Assembly: GCF_018350175.1 (NCBI RefSeq)
Contig: NC_058369.1
Span: 17,548,001 to 17,612,000 of the forward strand
Source of the DNA: Felis catus
Taxonomy: Eukaryota
Direction: 5' to 3'
DNA length: 64,000 nt
Part shown: positions 25,540-38,600 of the stretch, piece by piece
How positions within the stretch are numbered: position 1 is the stretch's first letter
Layout of the letters: every line of letters begins with the position of its first letter
Position numbers and translations under genes: made by a program
The notes under the pieces: generated by a model
Database searches by the model: none
Seen by the model: the letters and a program-made list of their open reading frames with translations, nothing else
What the model was told of the DNA's origin: nothing

Positions 25540-25947
25540 GTTGCATTGGGTGTTTCAGACAACGTCCGCGTCTTGCCCACTTGCCATTCTGTAGCTGACC
25601 CGAAGCACCTGTGGCTCTTTGCTAAGGGCAGCCTGGAAGTACTTGGGAGTAGGCATTCCAGGGAGCAGCCTCAACCAACGATTGGTGGGAGTGGTGGAAA
25701 CATATTTTCTCTTCCTCACTCCGTGGGTGGGCCCACTCCAAGATGTGTTACACATCTCCCAGGTCCCCAGCTGGTTGTGCCCCTGGCAATGACCTGTTCA
25801 TGAACACCCCCTCTTCTGTCTTCTCTTCCTGCCCCGTCTCGCTTCCTTACACTCCCGCTGCTGCTCTCTGTGTTTGTCTCCCAAATAAACTACTTCCACT
25901 TGCATCCTTGTGTTAGATCTGCTTCTGGGCCAACCTAAAATAAGACA
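25540..25947 (+). mobile_element. ERVL LTR16-like LTR
   Basis: 3' end CCCAAATAAACTACTTCCAC...CTGCTTCTGGGCCAACCTAAAATAAGACA typical of LTR16; 5' boundary approximate. Confidence 0.7.
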
Positions 25948-28900
25948 CAGACATCCAGCTCTGAGAGCAACAGGAGGCAGGATATCACATAGCATTTACT
26001 GTGTTATCTGTCATGCTTGCTTCTTCTTGGTGCGCAGGTCACACTAAGGTTTTCTGCTTTCAGTGGCTCCCACCTTCCACAGTGTGACCATATCAAGTGG
26101 GCTCCACTTGACTTTCCCTTCTGTGACAGCTGCTATTCATAAATTACTGAATTCCCTGTACCAGTTGTGGGCCATTGTTCTTATCACCCTGGAAGCCAAA
26201 GTTAATTGTCTCAGTGATGGGACATGGACTACTCTGATTACAAGGATCTGAAAAGGCTCTTGCTTTAGGAAATGGGTTTTCTGCTTCTACCAAAGGTGTT
26301 CATCTTTGTACGCATTATTTAGTTTTTAAAATTTTCTCAATATTTTATTTAAAAACTAGTTAAACAGGGGCACCTCGCTGGGTCAAGTGGTAGAGCATGT
26401 GACTCTTGATCTCAGAGTTGAGTTCAAGCCCCACATTGGGTGTAGAGCTCACTAAAAAAAAAAAAAAAAATATATATATATGTATAATATATATATAGTG
26501 AATATAAAATATGAAAAATATATAGTAAAATAAAATAAAAAATAAAAAATTAGTTAAACATACAGAACGATTGAAATAATTGTATAGTGAACATGTACTC
26601 ATCTGTTAGAATCTACAATCACTATTTTACTTTAGTTACTTTTGTAGTTGCTTTAGAGTCCATCCTCTGGCAGTTCCTTGGATGGTCTTTGCTCCTTGTG
26701 GCTGGTTTTGGGGTAAAAGCAGAGAACAGGAGCCGTACTTTGAGCCTGGTCCTTTGGGGGGAGGATGGCCCCCACAGATGTTTGCGATGAGAGAAACTAC
26801 CCAAAAGAGACAAGATCAGAACATCTGGTGACTTTGACCTGTGCTGGTCACCGAGGCTGTGGGCTGCTGCCTCCAGAATGCATAGTAGGCACTCAAGAAA
26901 TGGCAGTCCCTCCCTTCCCTGGAGGGGAGAGGTTTGGCTGATGGGTAACCTGTGTTTTCTGGTGATTCCAAGGACAACTTGGGTGACTCCAGACTGGAAT
27001 GTCCTTAAACACGAGGCAGAGGAAACGTGTTGTCTAGCTGTGGTCTCATGGTGAAAATCACTGATAGGAACTCAGTGTCTGGGGCCACATTCCCTGGAGC
27101 AGCCTCAGGACACACAGCAGGTGAGGGTCAATAACTGGTGCCTTGTGACCAGCCAGAGGCCTCCCGTGAGCAGAGATGAGGGGGGTCCAGCTGGTCAGCA
27201 TCTGCTCACCTGGGCCTCAAAGTCATTGTGTTGCTCCAGAGATAAGCAAGACTCTATTTGTGATCTCATTGTCAGTTTGGGGATCTTTGCTTGTTTTTGT
27301 TTTTAAAGCTCTTGATTGGTAGAAGGGCCTCTGAGCAACTACATGGATCAGTCGTGTGGGTACTGAAATGTTTCCTTGGGTCTGTATTATCCTCTTGCTG
27401 CTTGTAGACATATCGTTTGGCACCGTAATGTCCCTGTAATAAGAGCTTCAGCCTCAGAGCACATGGGCTCATGGCTTTTATGAGATGAGGGTGGTTGAGC
27501 GGAGCTCCGTGGGGCAGGGGGGCATTTCCCCCTTTTCCACATGTTGCAGCCGGTCAGCCTGATGGTTTTCGTGACCACCAATGGTCTTCCACATTCACAA
27601 AGGCCTTTGTGGCATTTGAAAGACACTGAGCGCCTGTTTCTGGTTTGGCCAGATCCTGTTTCCAGGGATGAGGACAGGTACATCAGTGTGGTTCTGAGGG
27701 GATCTGTGGTCTGGTTACAGTACGTCACCCTGCGGCTGTTCTGGGCCCCACGGGCAGGTCTGGCTAACCACCTCAGGAGCCTGGGGTGCTGCATCCTTGA
27801 CCTGGGGCAGAAAACCGAGCCTGTGGGATCCAGAAGAAAAACCTGAGCCGAAAAAGCAACCCAAGCAAGCTGTTGGTCTGCAGGGGGATAGGCCAGGAGG
27901 AGAATCCCCGTAGGAGGACCGGGGTGGGCTGGACAGCTGAACCAGACGTGGTGGTTTCACAAGGAGCCAGAAGGAATTTCCTCAAGCTGAACCTGCAGCC
28001 CCTTGGGCTTCTTCCAGGGCCGTCTGCAGCCTTGGTCAAGAGCAGGGAGGGGGCACTCGAGAGCCTCAACCAAAGTTAGCCACTGGGAACGTCTGCTCTT
28101 CTCCTCCCCTGCCTCCTCCTTGAGGAAGGTAAAGGGTAACCTCCCCACACTGCACACGGGGGAAAAAAGCCCAAACAAACAAACAAACAAAAAACCAGGA
28201 AAAAGTGAAAAACCACAAACGCCACACACAAGGTAGGAAAAGGTCAAATAACTTCCCCAGGACAGACAGATTTGCTAAAATTGCCTGAAAAGAGTTTGGT
28301 GAGCTAAACATAGCACAGTATCACCAACTGGGGAATGATCTTTATCGCATAATCCGTTGCACGTTAGGGAATGGAAATCTCACGTTGACTAGTCCGATTC
28401 CAGAATCTGAATAAGGTTCAAATTGGCAAGCCTCCGCTACAATTGGTAAAAGAGAAGATGGTTTTCTTGCCCAACGCCAAGCCCCAGCCTCAGAGCCATC
28501 CTGGGTCTTGCTTGCCCTTCCTGTCTGCCAGCATAGCCCCACCCCCGAGCCCGTGTGCACCCGGGATGTTCCACTTTTCATCCAAACACGGCTATGCTCA
28601 GACCCATCCATACCTCCCCTCTACCCTGGGAGTGTTCTGGTTGACGGTTCCAGATCAAAGTCCCAGGGATGCAGAGAGGAGAGGGCCTTGCGTGGGCTGG
28701 GTGAGTCGGGGAGGTGGCTGTAACGGCCGTGGCTATCCTTGACCAGATAGAGTGAAGGAGGCTTCTGGATAAGGCTGCCTCAGGCCGGAGCTGTGGGGCA
28801 CACTTTCTCCCATGGACACGCTTAATCCAGCCAGTCCCTAAATTACATTATTCCCTTTCTTCTTGGGATAGTAATGCTGTAATATTTCCACAATAATGAT

Positions 28901-29439
28901 GGTATAACGTCTGTAATTACAGCGTGATTTTGAATCTGATTTCTTTACCTAATGGGTAATCACATCAGAACCCAAGAAAATGCTGAATTTGTTTGTTTTA
29001 ATGAGCCTAGTGTGAAATACTCAGCTCTATCTACAAAGGAAATCCCAGTTAAACTGCCTAGGGGTAGTGATTTTTAAGCCTCCTTCCCTGTACCTGAGAG
29101 GTGGTGTGTTGGATGGACACAGGACCCCTCATTTACATTTTGATGATGAGGAAATGAGGACTCCAAAGTGAGGAAGTGGTGGGTTTTGGATTTTCCATCA
29201 GTTCTTTTGGGTTGCAAATTCAGTGTCTTCAACCACAATATTATATTGCTTCTAAATTACTTAATATGAGATAACCCTAGAGGACCAAGGGTCACTAAAA
29301 AACATGGAAAGCATAAGGGAAAAATAAGTCCTCCACACTCCCTCCCCGCACCTGGCTGACTACTCCTGGATCTAAGACCTCTAGGGGCCTCTCCATCAGG
29401 CAGCACAAGGAGCAGTAGGTGCCTGCCACCTCCTGAGGG

Positions 29440-30320
29440 CCCAGCAGAGGGCAGAACTTGGTCACAGCCGGAAGGAGAGTTTGTGGCCCTGAGCATGTGG
29501 GGGTCATGGCCCTGATCACGTGGTGCCACAGATCCATCTCTTGAGGTCACAGCTCTGATCACATGGGCTCTGGTCATGTGAGGTCACGGTCCTGACCATG
29601 GTCCTGACCCATCAGGTGGGGTCAGAGGGCCACAGCCCTGAGAAAGGGGCATTAAAATCTCTCCCATCCTTTAATATATAACAACACCGTTCAGACTGTG
29701 GTCAGAGCAATAATTTCCCTTTGTCATCTCCTTCCTCCCCCCTTCCCTTTTTCCTTCCATAGTTTTTAACAGGAAGAATGGCAATCAGTTTGCAAACCCC
29801 ACAAATTGACTATTCCATCCATCTAACTCACTGACTATCTACACCTATGACATGCTATCTTGGCGTCATGGCCTGCACGTGGGATAACAGCCCTGAGTAC
29901 GTGGGGCCAATACCACGTGAAATTGGGTCTCCACATAGGACAGGGGGTCACGGCTACAAAGGCGTTCAGTCCAGACCCCAGTGAAGTTGGGTCTCCTGGG
30001 GAAGAACACGGGGTTAAGCCCTGAGGACTATAGGAGTGACTGCTCTGCACAAGGAGGTGGTCACAGCCCATAGGATGTGGGGTCAGGGGGCTCAGCACAT
30101 GGGCTGCACGCCCTGATCACGGGGTCATGGCTCCAGCATGCGGGGTCACAACACTTTCTCCTGAGGCCCTGTTCCGACCTCTTGTGGTCACAGTCATGGT
30201 TATGTGGGGCATAGTTCCCATTACTTGGGGTCATTGGTCTGATCATGTGGTGTCACCATCTTGATCACATGAGGTCACGGCACTGTTCACCTGTGGTCAC
30301 GGCTCCCAGTCACATTTAGG
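29440..30320. repeat. Degenerate minisatellite, unit about 21 bp (GGTCACRGCCCTGATCACATG-like), in two blocks
   Basis: Repeated GGTCAC/GGTCAT...TGATCA...CATG units in 29440-29640 and 29860-30320. Confidence 0.7.
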
Positions 30321-30960
30321 AGCTAGAGGCGGGAGTCACTGCAGGAGGAGAGGTCCGCTTCCGAACTACGAACTACGCTTCCCAGGAGGCTGCTCGCTGT
30401 ACCGTGAAGCACTTCCGGCAGAATCCCCTCCTCTTTCTGACTCCCCTGTTGGCCCAGAGATCCTTCTTCGACGTGCTGTCGCCCCCGCCTCGCCTTCAAG
30501 TCAGCCCAGGCTCTGAGATGGGCCCCGCGGCATTGCTCCGGGTTTCGGCGGACCACGGTGAGTCGGCGGCCAGGCGGGGTTCTGCCTGGCGAAGGGACCG
30601 GGCGAGAGGAGGGTGACCGCCTACCTTCTCCCGCTCTCGGACCTCAGGCACCCGGCTGGTGTCAGCATTATCCGATGCCGAGGCTGTCCCTCAGGAAGTG
30701 CAGTAGCTTCGGGCTGCGTACTGTGGGCGGTGCCCAGGACACCTGCTCTGTAGCTGGACGGGGTTTCCTTCCTCTGGAGTCCCGCACACTGTCCATGGTG
30801 CTAAAAGTCTCTGCCCCAAATCTCCCAGCCTGCCCCCCCCCCCCCCCCCCCGCCGCCGCTGCGGGGTGGGAGACCATCTGCGATCTCCGCTCTTGCAGCC
30901 ACTGGCCACAAGTGAATGTGGACCACTTGCTGCGGCGAGTGCTACTGAGGACGCACATTT
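30320..30960 (+). promoter_or_regulatory. CpG island / promoter of the ZNF589-like locus
   Basis: Most CpG-dense stretch in the window; ZNF143/SBS-type ACTACGCTTCCCAGGAGGC (30372-30390), ETS CACTTCCGG (30410-30418), GC boxes, donor CACG/GTGAGT at 30557/30558. Confidence 0.85.
30518..30557 (+). pseudogene. ZNF589: ZNF589-like exon 1 (ATG to phase-1 donor)
   Basis: ATG at 30518 in the CpG island; overlapping TGG GCC CCG CGG = WAPR, as in the human N-terminus MWAPR; GTGAGT donor. Confidence 0.6.
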
Positions 30961-31039
30961 TTAAATTTACTTTCCATTAATTTGTAACGAAATACTGGAG
31001 AAGTAAAAAATATTTTCCCATCAAACACATATTTACTTA

Positions 31040-31858
31040 TTTAATTAAAATTTTTAAATTCCAGTATAGTTAACAGTGTTATATTAGTTTCAGGTGTACA
31101 ATATAGTGATTCAGCACTTCCATACATCACCCAGTGCTCATCAGGACAAGTGCACCCCTTAATCCCTATCACCCATTCCCCACCTACCTCCCCTCTGATA
31201 ACCATCAGGTTGTTTTCTGTAGTTGAATCTGTTTCTTGGTTTGTCTCTCTATTTTTTCCCCATTGCTCATTTGTTTTGTTTCTTAAATTCCACATATGAG
31301 TCAAATCATATTATATTTGTCGTTCTCTAACTGATGTATTTTGCCTAGCATTGTACTCTCTAGCTCCATCCATGGCATTGCAAATGGCATGATTTCTTTT
31401 TTTTTTTTTTTTTTATGGCTGAATCACATTCCGTTGTCTATATACGCCACATCTTTTTTATCCATTCATCTATAGATGGACACTTGGGCTGCTTCCATAA
31501 TTTGGCTGTTGTAAATAATGTTATAAACATAAGGGCACATGTATGCCTTTGAATTAGCGTTTTTGTATTTTTTGGGTAAATACCTAGTAGTGTGATTACT
31601 GGATCATAGAGTAGTTTCTATTTTTAACTTTTTGAGGAAGCTTCATGCTATTTCCCACAGTGGCTGCACCAATTTGCATTCCCACCAGCAGTGCGGGAGG
31701 GTTCCTTTTTTTCCATATCCTTGCCAACACTTGTTTCTTGTGTTTTTGATTTTAGCTGTTCTGACGGGTGTGAGGTGATATTTCATTGTAATTTTGATTT
31801 GAATTTCCCTGATTATAAGTGATGTTGAAAATCTTTTCATGTTCCTGTTGGCCATCCA
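31040..31858 (-). mobile_element. L1 3' end fragment (carnivore type)
   Basis: Minus-strand ORF2 remnant [27 protein letters not shown] plus L1 3'UTR. Confidence 0.9.
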
Positions 31859-32203
31859 GGGGTCTTTTTAAAAAAAATTTACTTCTCAATTTTTTGAGAG
31901 AGGAAATATAGCTTAAAATGCAAAAAAAAAAAATTATTTCTAAGATTATATATATTTTTTAAAGCTTATTTGTTTTTGAGAGAGAGTGTGTGAGTGAGGG
32001 AGGGGCAGAGAGACAAGGAGAAAGAGAATCCCAAGCAGGCTCTGCGCTCTCAGCGGAGGGGGAGACCAACGTGTGGGTCTCAAACCCAACCCCCCCCCTC
32101 CGCCCCAGATCAAGAGTTACATGCTCCACCCAATGAGCCAGCCAGGCGCCCCCTGGAGGTCTTCTTTGGAGAAATGTCTGTTCATGTCTTCTGCCCCACC
32201 AGT

Positions 32204-32242
<39 letters not shown>

Positions 32243-34642
32243 TTTTTGGTGAGACTACATTTCCCTTTAACCTTTGAAAATTTAAGATCATAATTGAGAT
32301 GTGCTGTGTCAAGTACACACCTAATTTAGAAGAGATGATTGGAAAAAGGAATATAAACTACTGATAAGCTTTCAATATTGATTTTGTGTTGAAGTGACAA
32401 TATTTTTAAATGAAATTTTACTTTTAGTCTTTTAAAGTTTATTTATTTATTTTGAGACAGAGAGAGCACAAGTGAGGGAGGAGCACAAACCATGAGATCA
32501 TGACCTGAACTGAAACCAAGAGTCAGACACTTAACTGAGCCACCCAGGTGCCCTGATTCTAATGGTTTTAGAAGCCATTTTACATTTGCAATTAAAAAAA
32601 ATTGTTTTAATTGGCATCAGCCTAATATTTTATTTATTTTTGATAGAGACAGACAGAGCACAGTGGGGGAGGGGCAGAGAGAGAAGGAGACACAGAATCT
32701 GAAGCAGGCTCCAGGCTCCAAGCTGTCAGCACAAAGCCTGAACTCACAAACTGTGAGATCATGACCTGAGCTGAAGCCAGAAGCTCAACCAACTGAGCCA
32801 CCCAGGCACCCCACATTTGCAATTTTAATAGATACTGAGTTGCTCTGTAGATAGTAGTTTGCTCCTACCAATTATTAAGGGGGATTGTTCACTCACTGAC
32901 TTGAGATGCCATATTTGCCATATATTATAATTAGATCATTCTCCCTTCTACATATCCACCTATCCATCCATCCATCCATTCATCAATCCATCTATCTATC
33001 CATCATCCATACATCCTTTTGTTCTTCTTCCTCTACAGTCTGTTTTGTAGATATGGTCAACCTGTGATTGACTTGTAGCATGAGTAAGGGGGAAATCCTT
33101 AGTTGCTTTTAGCTACTTAGATCTTGGGATATCATTTGTTACTACATTATAACCTAGCGTATCTTGATTAATAATGATCCTTTTCTCCATGTCACTCTGA
33201 AAAAGTCTAGCTTCTTCAGTGTGGATTCTAGATGTCTGGTTACTTTGCTTTTTCATTCAGTTGTTGGTTGGGTAGGCATTTATTGAGGCAGTGGTTAAAT
33301 GAAACTGCTCTGAAACCCAAGACTTGGATTCTAGGCTTGGCTCTGCCACTTTGGAATGACATGATCTTTTTATGTTTATTTATTTTTGAGAGAGAGAGAT
33401 AGAGAGTGTGAGCAGGGGAGGGGCAGAGAGATAGAGACACACACACAGATCTGAAGCAGGCTCCAGGCTCCAAGCAGTCAGCACAGAGCACGATACAGGG
33501 CTCGAACTCAAAAACGGTGAGATCGTGACCTGAGCTGAAGTCCGATGCTCAACCGATTGAGCCACCCAGGTGGCCCAGGAATATGATCTTATGAGCCAGT
33601 TCTCAGTTCTCTCTTTTGTGAGATGGAGGTAATAGCAGCTATGACATCATGGCTTTGTTGTGAAGATTAATGAAACAGTAGGCTTAGCACAGTGCCTGCC
33701 TGGCATGTACTACCTGCTCAATCAATGCTCGCTACACTACTGCTAGTTCTGGAAGGAGAAGAGCTGTGTAGGTTGCGTTACAGTAACAATGACCCTCAAA
33801 TCTCAACAGTAATCTAACAACAGCAATCTAACCCTAATCTTAATTAACTCTCAGTGGGTTAGCTTGGCTATAGTACTTATAACAGGGAGAAGATGAAGAG
33901 GTGAAACCACATAGTGGCTCTTAAAGTTGTTGTTTAGAAGAAAGACATGCCAGTTCCACTCACATTTCACTGTGAGGCAAGTCACATGGCTACCTTCAAT
34001 AACCTGATTTCTTTATTTATTTAAAAAAAATTTTTTTTTTCAACATTTATTTATTTTTGGGACAGAGAGAGACAGAGCATGAACGGGGGAGGGGCAGAGA
34101 GAGAGGGAGACACAGAATCGGAAACAGGCTCCAGGCTCTGAGCCATCAGCCCAGAGCCCGACGCGGGGCTCGAACTCACGGACCGCGAGATCGTGACCTG
34201 GCTGAAGTCGGACACTTAACCGACTGTGCCACCCAGGCGCCCCTAACCTGATTTCTGATAGGAAGGCCATGTACCAGGTCTTAGAGAAAATTAGGGTGTG
34301 AATCAGCAAGTCCTTTGCAGCAGCTCTGGGGTGTTGGAAGATAAGCTGAAGTCCAAGTTGGAATGGGCCCATAGGGGCTGCAAGCTGATTGGAGTTGAGA
34401 GGCTCCAACCCAACAACAAATGACCAGCTGTTAAATTGAAAGGTGTGTTGTGTTGGCAGTGAAATTTGGAATCAAAGAAATATGAAAGCAGACCTGGAGA
34501 CACGTTGCTGCCTTTTCTGACTATTGCCCCTGACCTGAATGCCAAAAGTCAAATTGCTTCCGTAATGGCAAAGACCTTGGGGAAAGCAGATCAGAATCCA
34601 GAGCAAATAACTTTGGATGTAACAAACAAGAGCAGTCTAAGA

Positions 34643-34830
34643 CAGGGCTTGGCAAACTTTTTCTATAAAGGGTCAGATGGTAAATGTTTTATTTAGCCTT
34701 TGTGAGCCACATGGTTTTTGTTGCAATCACTCAACTCTGCCATTGTGTGAAAGCAGCTGATAGGTAAACAAAGGGATATTTCTGTGTTCCAACAAAAATT
34801 TACTTATGGACATTGAAATAGGAATTTCTT
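34643..34830 (+). mobile_element. MER58-like hAT-Charlie fragment
   Basis: CAGGGCTTGGCAAACTTTTTCTATAAAGGGTCAGAT...CACTCAACTCTGCCATTGT. Confidence 0.75.
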
Positions 34831-35555
34831 TCTTTTTTAAAAATGTTTATTTATTTTTGAGAGAGAGAATCAGAGAGAGCGTGCATGCACACGTGTGTGG
34901 GCACGAGTCGGGGAGGGGCAGAGAGAAAGGGAGAGAGAGAATCCCACGCAGGCTCCACACTGTCAGTGCAGAGCCTGTCATGGGCTCGATCTCATGAAAT
35001 GTGAGATCATGAACTGAGCCGAAATCAAGAGCCAGATGCTCAACCGACCAAGCCACCCAGGCACCCCTGAGAAGTCTGTTTTAATAAGGGTTCACAAATG
35101 TTCATTCTAGATCTAGCCTCAGCAACCCCCCCTTTTCCTCTATAGTCTGAGTTGCCTTCATTCCTTCTCTAATCTTCATTATCCCTAATACCAGTATGAG
35201 TCCTGCCTCTGTGCTGCCTTCCTTGCTTTTACTTGTCTTCTATTCTTTTTTTGAATTTCATCCATTATGAGTTGTCAAATTCATATTCCTGAACTCTTTC
35301 TTGATGTGTTTTATTGTTGATTCAAAAATAGTTTTTTCCAATGAAATTGTAAGTGTTCCAGGGCAAGGAGTGTGTTTTGTGGATTAGTTGTGCCTCTCAT
35401 ATGTTTTAATACCAAGCCAAGTATAGAGTAATGCTCAACCCTGAAAACCCTCAGATCCATTTCTTATGTAGCTAGATTCTTCAGGACCACAAGTTTCGTT
35501 CTCCTTGTGAATATTGATGGTGATGTGATGAATGTGAATTTATAGGTTGATTTAG

Positions 35556-35677
35556 GGGACCAGTGAAATTCAAGGATGTGGCTGTGATTTTCACTGAGGC
35601 AGAGTGGAAGAAACTGACCTGGAGCAGAGGAACCTGTATAAAGAAGTGATGCTGGAGAATTTCAGGAATCTAGTTGG
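35556..35677 (+). pseudogene. ZNF589: KRAB-A exon remnant with a frameshift
   Basis: tttAG; GPVKFKDVAVIFTEAEWKKL, 1-nt deletion near 35617-35620, then LEQRNLYKEVMLENFRNLV; shortened 3' end, GT at 35678. Confidence 0.9.
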
Positions 35678-38600
35678 GTGACAACCTATTCTCTTCCATC
35701 CTTTTTCCATTCATATATTTATTTACGATTTACACTGTGCCAGCCAATGTTCTAAGAACACATCATTGAATAAAGTAATAAGGCATTTCTTTTGTCACGA
35801 TGCCTACATTCTAGTGTAGGAGGCTAACAAATATAATAAATGGTATATACAGGTAAATTATAAGCTAGGTAAAATATAAGCTCTACACAGCTAATAAAAT
35901 GTGTAAGATGTATAAATTAAGTACAGCAGATTAATAAGGGGGATCCAGAGTGCCAGGGTGTGGAGGCAGCTGGGTGAATTATTAAATTGGGTGATCAAGA
36001 TAGTCTTCTATGAGGGGATATGTTTGAACAGAGGCTTGAAGGAGGTAAAAAAGTTAGATATGTGAATGTGATGGAAAACTGTTCCAGGTAGGGGAGCACC
36101 CAGCGCTAAAACCCCAAGAAAGGAGCATGCCTTGCTGTTTTAAGGAAAAGCAAGGAGGCCAGTGTGATTGGAGCACAGAGAGCCAGGAGGAAAGGACAGT
36201 GGTTAAGAGATGACGTCTGTGTCCTAGAAGTTCAAGTTTAAAGTGTAACTGAATCCATCAGTTTTGTGTTTCATAAATTATTTGAGTATCATAAATCATA
36301 TTTTTGCTCATTTACTTAAAACCTAAAACATTATTTGTTTAGGTTGGCAAGTACAAAATTATCCGGGATATTCCTGAGTTCTTAAGAGTTACATTTTCAG
36401 AGTTTCATACAAATTTCTGCCAGGAGATTTTTCAGGATTTTTCTTCATTTGACATAGCTAAGAATTTGGTAGTTCTTGTCTGTTTTATTTTTCAACGGCT
36501 TGGATCTGTTTTGAGCTCTTTTCATCTAATCTGAATTGGCCCCATTGTACTCCATTTTGGCTTTTGACCTGGTTTCTTTGTCTCTTTCAATGTAGATTCA
36601 TCCATTTAATTTTGCTTTCAACTGCCAATCTGATTTGGTCTTGTTTTTATCTTGTTTCACCAGGTCTTCTTAGTCTCTATGCTGATACATTTTGTTGATT
36701 CTGAGGACTCTGTTAACATTGTCTTAAAATAGCCTGATTCAATTTAATCTTTGCACTGAAACATTTAAGGCTTTAAACTATTTTGCTACCCTTGATTCAT
36801 CCTTTCCTTTCTCTCCATATCTTTTTTCCTCTCATTGCTGAATTTTTTAAAGCAAATTGTACATAATGTGATGTACCACTCCTAAATATATCAGTGTACC
36901 TCTAATAAATAAAGACATTTTGATTTACAAAACCACAGTATCATTATCACATGCCACAAAATTATCAGTAACACCTTCCATATCATCTAATACCTAGCCC
37001 ATGTTCAGATTTACCTGAGCATCTCGAAAAAGTCTTTTTGCAGATTTGAATCAGGATCCAGACAAGATCCACCCATTTCATTTTTTTTTTTTCCTAATGT
37101 CTCTTAAATCTGTATCAATTCTTCCTCCCTATCCTGGTTTTTCCCCCACAGGCCCTGGATCTGTATGTAATGCTCTTAATCTAGAATATAAATCTGTTTT
37201 AGATAATATCAAAAAGTAATTTTTTCATGGATTATAAATCGAGGGAAAATACTTTCCAGATTTACCAAGAGGTGTTCACCAATATGAAAAAAATCCCATC
37301 ACCGATGACAGTGCTGACTGTAGTGTTTAAGTCACCATCTATTCAGCACACCTGTGTCTATCACCAATAAAATATGCACATGCTTATCATCATTAAGGCA
37401 CATTTGTGTCTTTCTGCGTTTGTACCTGTCATGTCCACAATGATCTGTCTATAGCTATAAGCATGTGATTGCTTTGTTATGTCCCCTAATGTAGTCCTGA
37501 CAAGAAATTAATATTGAAATGCCTGAAGTTTTATTGTAAATTACTTTTTAAAATCCTCTTTTACATTTTGGATACAGCATTACATTCTTTTAAAAATGTT
37601 CCTTGTATAGGTATATTTCATTAAATATAAATTTCATTTCAAGATAGTAAATGAGATGTTAGAATACATAGACTATCGAAAGGAGGCTTTGGGGGCACCT
37701 GGTTGGCTCAGTCAGTGGAGCGTGCAACTCTTGATCTCGGGGTTATGAGTTTAAGCCCCATGTTGGGTGTTAAAGAATTACTTAAAAATAAAATCTTTGT
37801 GGGCACCTGCATGTCTCAGCTAGTTGAGCATCCGTCTCTTGGTTTAGGCTCGGGTCATGATACCAGGATTATGGGATCAAGCACCAAGTGGGGCTCTGTG
37901 CTGAGCATGAAGCCTGCTTAAGATATTCTCTCTCTCTCTCTCTCTCTCTCCTCCTCCCCCCCTTCTTCCCTCTCCCCTGCTTACTCTCTCTCTCTTTAAA
38001 ATAAAATAAAATAAAATAAAATAAAATAAAATAAAATAAAATCTTTTTTTAAAGAATTCATTTTATGGGCACCTAGATGGCTCCGTCAGTTAAGCATCTG
38101 ACTCGTGATTTCGGCTCAGGTCATGACCTCATGGTTCGTGGGTTCAAGTCCCTCATCAGGAACTGTACTGACAGTAAAGAGTATGCTTGGGATTCTCTCC
38201 CTCTTTCTGTTCCCACCCCTCCCACTTGTGCTCTCTCTCCTTTCTTCAAAATAGATAAAGAAACTTAAAATAAAAATTTTAAAGGGGAGCCTGGGTGGCT
38301 CAGTTGGTTAATGATCTCCCAGTTTGTGAGTTCATGATCTCCCTCACTCAGTTCATGATCTCCCAGTTTGTGAGTTCAAGCCCTGTGTCAGACTTTGTGC
38401 TGACAGCTCAGAGCCTGGAGCCCGCTTCTGATTCTGTGTCTCCTCTTCTCTCTCTGCCCCTCCCCTACTCACACTCTGTCTCTCTCAAAAATAAGTAAAC
38501 AAACAAACAAAAAAAGAAATAGATAAAAATTTTAAAGAATTCATTTTTTTTTTAAGTTTATTTATTTTGAGAGAGAAAGAGTGAGCAGAGCCTCTGTGGG

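Noticed and set aside
24994..25803. Longest ORF in the track (269 aa) just after CAMP
   Set aside because: Non-ATG start in a (GT)n run; it runs into an LTR16-like element. Only a faint retroviral-protease-like LLNTETQVSL is visible, so it is most likely ERVL debris.
29440..30320. CRISPR-like repeat-spacer array
   Set aside because: Mammalian DNA; the units are degenerate and contiguous, with no unique spacers or cas genes.
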